DNA of 64,000 nt from Balanoglossus misakiensis (lineage: Eukaryota > Animalia > Hemichordata), in assembly GCA_040954595.2 (NCBI GenBank), contig CM082598.2, forward strand, positions 4,789,097 through 4,853,096. Direction: 5' to 3'. Shown here in pieces: positions 23,801 to 38,700 of the stretch. The notes beneath the pieces were generated by a model, which was not told where the DNA came from, did no database searches, and saw only the letters and a program-made list of their open reading frames with translations. Each line of letters starts with the position of its first letter. Position 1 is the stretch's first letter. Both the position numbers and the translations under genes were made by a program.

Positions 23801-26800
23801 CCAAAATTATACCCAAAAAGTTATAATTTCCTACACAAAAACCACCGAGAACCGTAATTTTTTTCAGATCAAAATAAAGACAAACCTGATGAATATTTTC
23901 CGCTTCCCTCACTTTGTCCTTAGAGAAACAACGTTCAAAAAGCAATACAAAAAAGGGAAAAAAACAGGAAATTGTAAAAAGCACTGCATCAAAAATATGC
24001 ACACACAATGTTGTCATCTATTGAGAGAAAAAAAAAAATCAGAGAGCACACCTTAGAAATGTTGAAAATGAGAAGAAAAAAAGTTGATGAATTCATAAGT
24101 GATAGAGTGAATGATGAAAGATTTGAAATGTTGCACCTCAAGAAAATAATTCTACTCTATCAAATATTATTGTTCTAGGTTTACTTTTTGTTTGTTATTA
24201 CAAGCTAGCGTGAATATTCTCCGAGAACCGCATAAGCAAAGTTGTCCGGATTAAAATGAAGACTGAAGAAAAACCCCGTCCTTTGTAGTCTGATAAATAT
24301 TTTGAAATTTTTTTGAAAAGTTCAAGAAAAATATTTTGGTTGTCATACGAAAAATGACATCAGACTAATATAGAATTCTGTTTCACAGAAGAAAAAATAT
24401 TGTTGAGAATTTGTAGTTGATTTTCATATGCCTCTTGAGTAGTTTTGAATACAGAGTGGAAAAAAAATCTTCGTGACAAGAGTTCAGACTAAAAGAGGTT
24501 TTCCGAAAGACAGAAAAAAAGTGAAAGTGCTAAGGACAAAGAGAGAGAAGGATGTAAAAGAAATGAGATGAAAAAGACAGCATGCTATTTGCTGTTTTAT
24601 AGAATTCATGCCACTATGACCAACAATAAGTGAATTGTTACATTATGGCAGCCATATTGGAAAATGTTTAAGGTCATGGGTCATCACTTTAGAGGTCAAA
24701 GTTCATATGCACTTATTAGGAAATTCAGTAATAAGCCTACTGAAAAATTGAAATCTGTGAAATGGCTTTATGTGATGGAAACCTAATGGCCTTTAATTTT
24801 CCAGTACAGCTGTCGTGAATAGCAACGTTTCTTGTACGAAAAGAAGATTCCCACGCCCTTTTTTAACAGAAAAAAAACCTGTACAAACAAGTTGAGCATG
24901 GGATGCGTACTATGTTGTTAACCGCCTCCTTGGTTTCGTCCTACAGGGCAGAAACATACAGAACAACATTTCGCTACTGTTAGTTGCAAGGCCTCAGATC
25001 AAACGACAATAATACGAGGAAAGGGCGGGAAAAGTGGCCGGGGCCGAAATTAGTCTTAGTATTTCAATATTAAGTTTTGTGACCAAACTTTAAAAAAAAC
25101 GACACTTTAGTTTTAATTCCAAACTCTGGGGTGTCGGGGTGGGGCTTTAATGAGATCATTAATTAAGTACACTCTGCGGACAAATAAGAAAAACAAAACG
25201 ACAACTCGGACATTTATCAGTAAGGAAGCTTCAAACTCACAACAGCCTAGTTATCGGTAAAACTGGTGTGAAGTCCAAAATTAGCAGTTTTTAGCTAATT
25301 TTTTTTATTTTTTTTTTTTTTTTGATTAGTACAAATGTGCATCGTCTACATTAGTGATATAATGTTAATGTGAAGACAAGAAACATCGAATCACCTTGCC
25401 ATGAATTTTCTCTTCCAGTTGCTTGCGTTCTACGGACATATCCTGGTGCATTAGAAGGTCCTTCTTGGAAACACTAATACGACTTACAGAGGATCTATAA
25501 GGTCCAAAAAACGAAAAAAGGAAAATAAAAATAGCCATGAGATATATACTAGCAACTGAAAGAAGCGAGAACCAGCGGCAGCCAGGGGGCGCTTTTCATG
25601 CAAATGATCTAAAATCAGGCAGACATGCAAATCAGGGGGGCGCGGAACGTACGCTAGCATGAATCGCGGCGGGGTTGGCGATGTTCTTTTTTTTTTGCGC
25701 ATGGGAAAACGTTTACAGTTACAGCGACAGGATAACAATCGAGACAACAGAATTGAGGAATATAGGATAACAAGGAAAATGTGGGATGCATGATAATGGA
25801 TGACAAGGATGGAACATGACGTTTTTCTTAACGAGACAAGAAAGACAAAGGAAAGAGTGGACCTGAATCACACTAACGTCAAACAAGGGGATACAATTTA
25901 CAATCCCCATAGTGGGGGGTGAAACCCCCTGTGGTGGGGGACCGAACCCCCACGGTGGGGCACACTAGTCATAATTCATACTTACATACTGATGAGTTGT
26001 GATGGGAAAAATGATGAAATATTATTATTACAACTATTGTTATTGTTTATTAATTACAACTATTATTAATCTTTTTAACACTACAACACCAACTACACAA
26101 ACACAAAATTAAATAACGTGAAATATTAGGAGTTCAAATAATTCCATCTAGTGTGAAATGTGAAATCACATCATATATGTTAGATGTGCCAAGTTAATGA
26201 AGATATTGTTTTTAGAATTTATGTGGTGGTGCGTTTTTTTTTTATTTCAGAAAAATAGTGTGATATATAAACATTGAAATCGGGTGTGATACCTTCTTTT
26301 GAGGGGAGGTGGTACTTTCGCTTGTATTCTTGGAGCTGCTGGCTTGTCGTCTTTTTTAATCTGCAATGCAGAGGGGAGATATTTTTTAACCCTTTCACCA
26401 CCATGGTTTGGTCCAGGTTCATTGTTTCATGTGGTAAAAGTTGGGCCTCGGGATTCGGATATGGGGGTGTGAGGGTTAGACTCGAACAAAGATGTGGGCT
26501 GCAGTGAATTATTCTGACAAAGTCCGGAGGTGACTTTTGACTGCTTGACCTTTGACCTGTGTGGTTGCCAAAAGCTTTTGGTCAAACTTTTATGATTTTG
26601 CACGATCGACAATTTTTGGCCAAAATATAGCTCAAATTGAAGTAGGCTATTAAGTAGCGATTGATGTTCTCTGCCACTGACTAATTTGCTTTTTTCCCCT
26701 CCCTTAAGGGGCCTGCATAGCATTATAGGAAAGAAATAGAAAACAAACTGACACAACACAGCAGTAACCCCATGCTCAACTTCAAAATAAAATCAATGAA

Positions 26801-29698
26801 TCAAGCAAGTAAATATAATTTTGTCAAAAAGAGCTGTAAAATAAGCAGATATGATGAAAACAGCTGCTAGAATCAACAAGTTGATCCTGAAATCAGAAAA
26901 AAATATCCAAAATACACAAAGTTAATAAAGTAAAATAAAACTGAATCAAATTTAAACCAAAAAAGAACAGAAGTTCAAAAAAAAAAATCTCAAAATTATA
27001 ACACAGACGCAGAGGTGCGGGAGGGTGAACAATAACTAGAAGATCATGAATTTTTTGTAACAGCATTTCTGATTAGCTGTTGCTACGGTAATTATACACT
27101 AAATTATGCATATTCATGTATGATCCAATTTGGTCACACACTTTCAGGTCAGGCAAGTCTTGAATGAGGCAACATATGTTCGTCTCGTGATCTGGCTGTA
27201 ACATAGGAACATATGCACAGAAAATTAGCAGTGTCAAGCGACAAATATTTTTTTTTTCAAATTATTCTATATAAACAAATATTTTTGCCTTGTCTTAAAA
27301 TCATGACACATTCTAGGGATGAAATTTCGCTGAGTATTTTGTCCGGAAAAAAAAAGTAACACAAAAAACGGAAAAATCTGCATTAATTTTTTTATCGTTT
27401 TCCAGAACATTTTTATGCACCCGATACAAACACTTCTTTTTCTTCCAATGAAACAATGTTGAAGCATCTGTTTATCAATTTAATATGTATAAATCTGGAT
27501 TACAAATTCATATGTCAAACAAAACAATTCAGTCTGACATTCAAAACATACTGCAGGGGCAGATTAAGAAACTGCATTTAACACACAGAAAAAAAAATGA
27601 AAAAGACAACAATACTTTCACTTATCAAAACATCACTGCACAAAATCAAAACACACTCTTACAAAAGCTCATTCACACAGCTAGGATTCCTCTCCTGCAA
27701 AAAATCACTCTCACTGATATCAACGCGATTTAAATAGCAACCATTCTCGCACGATATCAACGCGATTTAAATAGCAACCATTCTCGCACGATATCAACAA
27801 GTCTTCAACGATCGCACGCGGAAAGATTCAGAACACATGTGTTTGTTTTCTCAGACACAGTCTTGAAGCGGAGACAAATTGTCAGAAAATTGACACAGCT
27901 GTTGGGTCGAGCCTCACCGCCGGCCGGGCGCGTTGAGTGGGGTTGGTATTTGAGAAAACAGCTTGGATTGCAATAATGAGACCGTGGTGACGTAAACGGC
28001 TCAAGCAAATTCATTCCTTGGTTTAGCTACTCCCCCCCCCTCCCCCCACCTGTCTGTATTATTTCTCCTCGCAACACTCCCCCCCTAGCCCTGGTTAGCT
28101 TTCTTTACTTACTGTAAAACGGTTTATTTTCGCGAGCAGTAAATTTTCACGAAATACGCGAGAGCCAAAAAAAACGTGAAAATAAAACGTTGCGTAAAAT
28201 GTTTTTCGGAGATAATGATGCAGTTAGTGAAATACGAGAACGCGAAAATTAATCCTCGCGTAACAGTTGCCTGTTTTGAAAATTTCCTGCCGTGAAAATA
28301 ACCCGTTTTACAGTACTCCCACACACACACACACACACACACACACTTCAAGAGTTACACAACATCACAGACCATCAAATTATAACCTCCTTCATATTAT
28401 CCAATAGTTGGAGTTAACACACACAAACACACATACAGCATACTCCACATTACACAGAGCAGGGTCATCGACCTTTTTACAAATTCCTCTCTGAAGGGTT
28501 GCATTCACACCATCGGAAGTCGCAAAACATCAGACATCCACACTCCTGAAATCAGAGTACCCACACAGTCACAATCCCCAGTAGAAAGAACACCAAATAA
28601 TATCACTCCAAAAAATCATACCCATTTCCCGTGAAAATATATTGAACAACAAACTTACTGATGCTTGCTTTTTCTTCAGCTCGTCTAGCCATTTGACAGT
28701 GTCTTCATCTGCCACATCAAAAGGCGTAGCTCCCTAGAAAGTCAATCCATGGAGGTCAGTTTTAGAACCAGGAAACACTTTTTTATAACCATGACAACAA
28801 ACCTAGCAATATAACAACTCCTAAATGCGTTTTTAAAATTCTGTTTGACAAGTGGTTTGGTTTTTTTGAAAATCTACCACTGGCTAGCTTCCTTTCTTAT
28901 TTCATGCGTGCCATATACAAGTAGACTTCAGTTTTGTCCCTGCTTTTCACCCAATTTTCTGTATTTTCCCGATCTCCGACACAAACTATGGTCGCCGCCA
29001 TCTTGTCTGTTGTTAGGACAGCACACTGCCTTAGAGCATTGACTGTATACAATTTCTGTAACCAGAGTCTCTGGTTTGACACATTCATATCAGACGATCG
29101 TTGCCCTTTAATACCAGTGAGGCTCTACAGAGAAAGCACACTTACTAATTTATTTTTGGCTTCCATATCAGCCATGTTTTCTACAAGGATTTCCGCCGCC
29201 TCTTTTTGCCCCCAGTGAGATGCAGCATGGAGTGGGGTCCAACCGTCAAAATCTTGGTCGTTTATGTTGGCACCTGCTTGTATTAGTAAACTGAAACACA
29301 AAGCAAAACAATATTAATCATAGGTGATGTGGGAGCTGGTCTAGACACACTACAGTAATTCATGCATCGATAAGCTTGATTTGAGTAAACTGAATATGGT
29401 AGCAGCTTATTATTTGTTTATTCGTTTGCTTGTTTATCCTTTTTTACAAAGAAAAACAGGCACGCCACTGATTTAGTAAGGATCAAATTTGTTTTTGTTT
29501 ACTTATATTTTTTGTTTACATACAAAAGTGGCTTGTGACTGAATCAGGTTTTTTATTTGTTTGTTTGCTTGTTTGTTTACAAGAAAGGTGGCCTGTCACT
29601 GACTCAGTAAGGACAACATGTATGTTTTTGTTAGCTTGTTTGTTTGTTTACAAAGATAAACAGCCTGCTACAGACTCAGTAAGGATAAAATTTATGTT

Positions 29699-29729
<31 letters not shown>

Positions 29730-32700
29730 TTATTTTTGCTTGTTTGTTTGTTTACAAACAAAGGCGTCCTGCCACTGCAGACTTACTTCATAACTTTGAT
29801 ATAACCCTTGGATGCAGCTACATGAAGTGCTGATGCTCCTGACTTCGTGTGTTTCTTCTCTTTGATTACTTTGCTATTCAACCACTGATTGGCATCGGAT
29901 AACATTCTATTTTCTTCTTCAGTACGTGCCTGTTCGACATCGTAGCCTGCAACAGAAACACACAGACACGATACACATCAAGTCACTGAATCAGATGTTC
30001 TGGGGCTTCCTTGAGCCAGGGTTCTGCCTGTGCTGGATGATGCCAGCAGAAAATGGTTGTGTACCCAATCTAGTCCATTGTCTCATTTTGATACATTGAT
30101 GTATGGGTATGACTTGCAAGAGACATGAATATTAATGAGTGTGAATATTAAAGGGACAAAGTCTCTCTCTTGCTGCCCTTTTCCATCAATTATGCTTGAT
30201 ACAAGACACCGTTCATGTTATTCTACATGTGGATATATAGAGAATCAACATTCAACGACACACAATTTCCATCCCGTTTTAATAGTAAAAATCTCGCCAA
30301 AATGAATAAATGGTAAACACCGATTATTCATTTTGGCGTGTTTTTTACTCTCGTGTCTACAAGGGTGGTTAAGACCAAAAGTCGGTTCTCACCTCTTTTA
30401 TCTATTTCTTTTTCTAACATTTCTTGAACATCTTCTTCTTCAGCCAGATCAACCGGTAATTCACCATCGTTATTTACTGCAAGTACATTTGAACCGCTGT
30501 CCATTAAAAACCTGCAACAGAAAAAAAGGAACAGTGTACGATCAGAAATCACTTCAGTGTACATGTACACAGGAGAAGTTTAGGCCCCTGATATTCACCT
30601 GTAAATCAAACCAGTTTCAACCAATTTGGCAGGTTAGGAATTAAAGGGACAAAGTCTCTCTCTCTCGCTGCCCTTTTTTCATACCCTTGATACAAGACAC
30701 CGTTTGTTATTCTACATGTGGATATATAGTGAATCAACGTTCAATCACACACAACTTCCATCCCACCTGCAAGATTTTTACTCTCATATCCTACAAATGG
30801 GATGGAAGTTGTGTGTGGTCGTACATTGATTCACCATACATTCACATGTAGAATAACATAAACGGTGTCTTGTATCAAACATAATTAATAGAAATAGGGC
30901 AATGAGAGAAAAACGTTGTCCCTTTTATTAATTGGGTGATTCAATTCTCCTTGATCGATAAGCTATTGAGAGAATCTTCTATTGGGGTCTAGAGCTAGCC
31001 TTACATCACCATGGCAGAATGGATAGCTTCACGTCACTGTCATTAGACAGGTTACTTTTAATGGCCCTGCCCCTCATAAAACCCCTCGTATAATTCAATA
31101 ATGGACTAACCCTCCTTGTTCTTGATGGCCCTTTTATTTTTTACAGGGGAAATGGGGTGAAGAGATTACAGCTCACATTTAACACTGTAAAAAGTTAGTG
31201 CGCATCAAAGGTGATACCTCCTTGGGGAGGGGATTACATGCACTTTTGCATCAGGCATTCTGATAGGTCAGAGTTGACCTTTGGCCTTGTGGCTGCTGCT
31301 ACTGATTGGCTGGAGCCGACCAAGCTTAAGTTTTCAGGGCCGGGGTTCAATGGAGCAATATTTCCAATAGGGAAATGATATCATAATGTTTTTATATACA
31401 TTTATGGGGGGAGGGGGCCATGAACTCAATGTCATTCAAAATGCCAGTAATTTCCAAGAGTTTGTTTCAAGACATTTTGAGGTCACCAGTGTTTTTCTGA
31501 AAAAATTTTCCCTGTGTTAGCAATATTTTATAACTATATGACAACATCATTGGCTATATGAATTTCCATGTGTATGAACACCTGTATATGTTGTCTTCAT
31601 AGCCTGCACTTGTTTATAACCTGGTATAGCCTGACTTGTACTACTATCAATATATTTGTATGTGAATAATGAGTAACAATGGTGCACATACTAAATTGAC
31701 TAACTCAGACGGGGCCTGGATTCCGCTCTGTACTGAGTTCTATAAATAATCTGTTTTGTATGAAACAGAACAAGTCTCATCACATCACATTTCATGTTAT
31801 CTAGTCTTTGTCACCTATGAAGAATAGCCATATCTCTTGGTTGGTTAGAAGCCCCTGCAAAAATCACTAATAAGTCACTGTGGATTAAGGTTTAGTCATC
31901 AATGTTGTTATGCAGAAATGTATGTTGAACTCGGTCTTGCATCTGCCCACTATGGATTGGTGTCGGTTTGTATTGTGAGTAATATCCTTTGTTTTGGAAA
32001 CATAAAACTATGGATATTACTGGGGAATAACCAGGAATAACGATTAGCAGAATTGTGATCTTGTAGGCCAACGCCACTATGTGCTGGACAGGGCCAGGGA
32101 AGCAGGTTTTATCTCTGGAATGTCAACTATGCGCACTATTTCTCCCCTCTGTTCCAGAATACAGCAACAGCGCCAACTGATAGCCAGGCATCACTGAACT
32201 CTGACCCCTGACCCCTTGACCTCGCTCATACGACAGTGCACTGCCCGCCTCAGCTACTGATTTTCTATCTGTTTTTGAAAAGCATGCCTTTTTAGATAGC
32301 AATTTGGCATTCTGTTATATCTGATTGACAAACATGTTTGAATGTACCTATTTAAAAGGACAAGGTCGCTCACTCTTGGTATTATTTTGGTTATTTTAGT
32401 TTCTGTTAGCTTATTTGCACTGTTCAGCTCTCTGAAATATTCTCAACAACCCATCATCACAACTCAACTAAATCCTGAACATATGAAACAATTAGTGTAC
32501 GAACCAAAAAAATAATGAACCAAGTGTCCATGTACAGGTTTTGAGCTGAACTAAAATTACAACTGTTCATTATGTACATTTCCATCATGAGCTTAAGCTT
32601 TTTATAGAATATGAAACAACCAAAAATGAGCAACTTTGTCCCTTTAATGTCACATCTGATGCAACCATAGCAACAGGGCTGTGTGTCGAATCACAGTACA

Positions 32701-35700
32701 CAACCACCAGCCCGACATTCAACCACAGAATGACATGCACGCATCTCAGTTTCAAAGACAACATCTTCTCATAAAATCCAGTTTTACAGGAATTCCTTTC
32801 ACACTTGTCTATTGCCTGAGGCAGCAAGAATCCCTTACATAATTTCTCCTAAAGAGAACCTACGTCATTCCCTCTCTCCGCACCTTTGTCATGATAATTA
32901 ACAAGGCATCTTTACCTCAGGCAGATAATCTGGCCGATTGCCGTGAAAACAAACAACAAAACTGTCCAAATAATTCACTGTACATATGTTCACTGAGTGG
33001 AATTTAATCATTCGCCATTGCCAAGTGCCCTATACCACATTAAACTTTTGGACACCACGTTTTGTCGTTCCGAAATGCTGATGCAACATTTTCTCATTTT
33101 TGTGAATTTTTCTCGAATTTTTTCCTTCATTTTGGACCAAGTGGATATACTTTTGCAGTGCAAAACTTATTGTCATATAGGTGGTGTTCATTTCACAGAA
33201 GAAATCTCATTCCATCACCCCTATGTTCCCAAAGCAATACTATATGCCCACCTTATTTTCCATAGTCAGATGGACCGTACCACTGGGGATAAGGGGTAGA
33301 GAGGGTAGACTAAACTTCACACAAGGTCAAACAAACCAAGCTTTCTTAACAAGCACCTTTGGGAATAGAACCACTGATGTTACATGTAGGTCACAATTTT
33401 GAAGGTCAACTTTGATGAGGAATGAACCAACAGTAAAAAGAACTTCCAAAATTAGCACCCATGAAAAGTTCAGTTTCACAGAAAACCAAGGAAAGTATTG
33501 CTCAATAGGAATACTGACACAGTAATATTTGGCCATATTTACACAAATTTTGTTTCAAACAACAACTTTCACGAGTAGGGTGAGTTTTCTCTTGACCAAA
33601 AGATCAAAATATTTAAAGTCCCAAATTTCATTCAAAAGTTGAACAAAATTCCAAGTCTTTTCCAATGGTTTTCCCAGACACTTCTGATATCATAAATACA
33701 ATTTTTCAGGAATGAGTAATCATGTAGTATTTTAGCCAAAGTTTTTCCAACACCCACCGACATTTTTCCTGCACAAGTGGGTAAATCAACTTTCCATGAC
33801 TTTCCCGGAATGCAATCCTTTCCCGCTAATTTCAAACACTTTCCCAGGAGCCGGGATCAAATTTTCCGGGATCACATAACCTCCACAGTAAGTAGAATAA
33901 CACAGCCAGTCAGAAGGAACAAATATATCCCAAGCAATCATCAAAACGGTCCACAAATTTTCGTTTTGGGAAAATAGGTCAATGGGTTCGTGTGAATGAT
34001 CAACATTCTCCAGATTCTGTGCCACTGAATAAAGAACACGAACCTATATCAAGAATATAATTTATAAACACATGTATACATACTTAGTATGTTTATACTA
34101 CTTTACGTATACATGTGTCAAGATTGTGAGATATCAACTATAGTAATAGTAATAGTGTCCACCTGGGTATTTTGTATGGTTACAAAATACATCGTACATG
34201 AACTGATTTTCTTGCATGATTCACGGTCTTGAACTAACCACAAATTAAGAATATCTGTTTGAAGATTATACTTGTGTCATCTCTACATACTTAATATCTG
34301 TATGTCCTACTCTATATGTACATATTCATATGTCTAGTAGATTGTGTGATATTTGCCATGGTAGTTGCGTCCACCTGGGTATTTTGTATGGTTGCAAAAT
34401 ACATCGTACATGATTGACAACATAAATCCTGAACAGAATACAAAACTCAGAAGATCTGTTTGAAGATTTAATTTTGTCATTTTGTTCTTGGCAGATGGGC
34501 CGATATTCACTCGGGGCCTCCAAGCATCCTTGCAGAAGAAAAAAAAAAGTTTTATGCCGAGCGCCTGACGTGACAACATCATTGGCATAAGCTGAATACC
34601 GAACTGTACGGTTCGTTGTTGCAGCTGTCCCATTCGCAAACACGTTGGTGATTACAATTACAGACAGCTCAGCCACTGGTTACCTGACCCCCTGACGTGA
34701 CCTTTGATCCCGTGTCATGTACAGTTGTCGCAGATGTCAGGTTCTGTCATTTTAAAGCGCCTAGCATGCGCGTAACTTCCCAGCAAATTTTCCGTTCGAT
34801 GCATTCAAATAGTGGACTGCCTTCGCTTCCTTCCATATTTCATGTGCACCGTATAAGTAGATTCTGGTTTTGTCCCTCCTTTTCACCCAAGCTGGTGTCT
34901 TTTCCCAATCTCCGACACAGATTATGGTCGCCGCCATCTTCTCTGTTGTTGGGATTGACTGTTCACTAAACGTCTGTAACCAGCGGCTACAGTTGGAACA
35001 TGTGTGTGAGACGAGCTAGGCACTTTAAACGGTCTGGATTGTTTGCGACCCTCCCCTAGGTTCCCTCCCCTCCTCACTTTCATTTCTCCATCCCTTCTTC
35101 GCACACTGTCCCCTCCACCTCCCCTCCCCTCTCTTGCTCACTCTCACAATGTCTGTGTCCCTATCTATAACAATATCTTACATCACTCTTTCTTTTACAG
35201 GCCCCAAAAATATGATCGCCAACAAATCTAAAAATTTGAATTACTGCAAAGACTTACAAGGGCAGAGATTATTCTTTGTATTTGTATGTTTGTAACCATG
35301 GTTTCGTCAGCCAGAATATCGCTATCTGGTCATTGTTTGCACAAAAGATGCACGACATAAACTGAGAACAAGTACCCTGAGGGACAGTCTGACCACAATG
35401 CCCCCTGCACTCTGGTCTATTTTGGTTCGGACCAGTACACCAGATCTGGTGGAATGATTCACGCGATCCGGAAACAGGGGTGTGTGTAGGGCAACGTGCA
35501 GCCAGAGGGGTTACGACAGACACACTTATCAGACTTGAAACACGAAAACAAACTTCCACCCAGCCTTGAACTATTGGGTGACTGCATAACAAACTGACAT
35601 TGTTTTGCTAAACAGCAGAACAGGCCACAAATCATGATGTCGTTGGTGAAAGCACTTGTGCATGTATGTATGTACGTTGGCCCAGAAAAGTATATCACGG

Positions 35701-38700
35701 TATGGAATTGGTCCAAGCGTACACTCGAATACCCAGAATACAGTTGAAGGTATACGGTTACCTATGGAAAATTAGCTATAGTTACCATGGCAAATTGAGA
35801 TCTAGCCAATCATAGATTTTCAGTGGGTGGCACACGCGAAAAAAGAGCACTGGTCACTATATGTTCTTTAAAACGCCCATTTCAGCCATATATGAGCGTA
35901 TGTAAATTGGAGGTGACTGTATGCCTTTAACCCTTTCACACCCCCCATTTCCTTCTATAGAAGTCCACCTTTACTATAGAAAACAATGGATTCAGACCTC
36001 TATAGAGGGAAATGGGGGACAGAGTTATGTGTTAACACCATCCCACCGCAAAACTGAAATGACATAAAATCCCCCCCCCCCCCACCTCAATCATTTCCCA
36101 TTTCTGCCAGCGAGGGCAGCAGCTCCTCCACGTATATTCGCGTGCAGAAACGACCTTCAGGATGACCTGTCCTCCAGCGAGAGAAAACTTTCCACCAAAG
36201 CCGAAAAAAGAACACGGGGGCATATTTCCTCGATTACAAAATATCATATCTCACTCCGACGTATGAAATGCCATGCTGATTTCATTTGAGATGCCGAAAG
36301 AACAACACTAAAAGCCGCTATTAGCTTCGCGGGGCCGAGATAAAACTGCCAGCTATCATTAGGAAGCGGTGACGTCGGGATAACGCAGGCCGCATGTGTC
36401 CTGCTGGTGGTGGTACAACCACCGTCACTATTTGGCAGACAATCATACCACGGTAAATCATTACTGGACTGATATCTCTGTCAAGGAGCTTGTCTCAGGC
36501 CTATGGACGTCATTCAGTACACAAGTGCTATCAGACGTCGAGCTATACTTTATTGTGTGGAGTGAAGTTGTTTTATTAGACATCGCCTTTTCCTTTGCAG
36601 TGAATCATGAATGTGCTGTTGATTGCTATGTACAGCAGAATGAGAAAATTTACATTCGTAGACTCCAGACTATAGGACACACTATGCACCACTAAAGCTA
36701 GGCATTTTAACACTACATCAGTGTGCCCTACCTCCAAGCCCAGATGATGTGCCATTGACTCAACAAACTCACTAGTTACTCAAGAAAATTACCCACACTA
36801 CATTAGTACATGAAAAGGTACAGGGCTCAGATTTTCTCAGATTTCCCGGAATGGTATAAAATTTACAGATTTTCCAGAAGTACATGTAGACTCGGAACTA
36901 CAACTTGGGAAAACCTTACACACTGCCACAAAGCCAGCATGTCCTGAGCAACCCACACACAAGCACACGGCTGACTCAGGGCTAGCAAAATGGAAGAGAA
37001 ACCAAGTCATGCCTATTTCTGTGCCGGGCTGCTAATCACCAGATTCGCCCACAAACCAGACCCTTTACCACAAAACACAGGAAACAGAGGTCACACCAGG
37101 CTAATGCCCTTTTAACAAAGAAATCACACAACCGGTAACTAAACATTACAGAAACTACATGTACTCTACGAAACTGCTATCTTCTTGAAACCACGACAGC
37201 TACGGTTGAAGTTGACACTCGACTTAGTCACAGGTAATCTTTCTTTTGAACTCATGAAAACTGTTCAAAACGCTGTCAAAACTTCTGTCGTCCTGAGATT
37301 GTTTTGAATAGCGTCACACTGAAAGTAAAAGATAAGTGTTGAGTACGTCACCCCACCTCACCCCCACCCCCAAGGCAACCTCAGGATTGAAACCTTATCA
37401 CCGATCAGACTCACATTCTGGTACCATCTTGTGCTATCAAAACACAAGCCCAATTCTGTTTTTACAGTACTCCCATATCTTTTTCCTCCCTGACTTTTCT
37501 TCCCTGTGCAACCCCTCTCCACTGAAGAACATACAGTCAGGCGACAATCAACCACATAATGATAACACCGCACCAGGGGGAACAGCCTCAGATAGATGAC
37601 GTCAAACCCACCATGTGATTTCTCAAACACCGTGCGTTTTGTGTCCTTAATTTCAGTCCACAGCGTAACTGTATCTGTTAGTGGTGCGACTAATAAACCG
37701 GACTCCACTGAAAACTAATTGGTGTGTAATTATTACGGGCGGGCAAAAGCCTGAGTGAAATCTGAGGACTTCGCTGACCGGGCGAGTTCAGTAGCTGAGA
37801 GGGTACTAAGCTAACCTATAGGCTGATAACAGAGAGTAGGTTATATCACCCCCAAGCATTCGGAGCGAAGTCGTTTCGCTTATCGCCGCCGTAAGATGTG
37901 TGGGAATGACGCAGAACGCGGCTTATCGCGATTCCCTGACTCCCTGCCAACTCTCTACGCCAGACTTCAGTGAAACCAAAGTGAAATGAAAGCTGGAGAC
38001 CCTTTTATGATTCAATTACGGCCAACTGTTTTCCCCACTATCAGCTCGTTTCTTGCCGAGTAAAGTAAACTTTCGCGCTGGCAAGTCAGGATGTTTGAAA
38101 ACGTTGATACGGAAATATGGAATTTAAATGGATTTTTATTTGACACTGACAGAATAAAGTGATCGAACATTTGAAGTGCTTGAACACCAGTGTTTCATCT
38201 AGACCGGGGGATGGGGGGATTCACCCCCTGTTGACATGATGCCACCCCCTAGCACTTTGCCAAGGGAGGCTCAGTGCCCCATACAGTGATGTCACTCACA
38301 TGTTGGAGATATGGAGATATAAATTATGTACCACCCCCCCTTATCCTTGCCAGAGTGGAATGCCCCCCCCCCAAATATTCTGGCAATGGGGGACATATCC
38401 CCCCCCCCCTGTTGATGCCATCCTGGATGAAACACTGGAACACTTGGAGTTATTGCAGTAGTTTGGGAATATGATCACAGATGCGCGCATTAGAAGCCAT
38501 ATCTGACTGTGAGAGTGGGGCTTTTTAACTGCACTGCACCAAAAACTCTTGTGTGACCACACAGGATAGGATACAAACAACACCAGGCTAACTCGGCAGA
38601 GCTACTGTAAAACGGGATATTTTTGCGACATTTTCGCGATATCAAAATAGGCAACTGTTAATTTTCGTGATCTCGTATTTGACTAACTGCATCGTTATCT

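Noticed and set aside
10000-26000. Enrichment of RBFOX UGCAUG sites on the MYPT strand
   Set aside because: Several are present, but excess over chance cannot be shown by eye.
37733-37894. Hammerhead ribozyme
   Set aside because: A GAAAC plus stem is present on the minus strand, but there is no correctly placed CUGANGA core.
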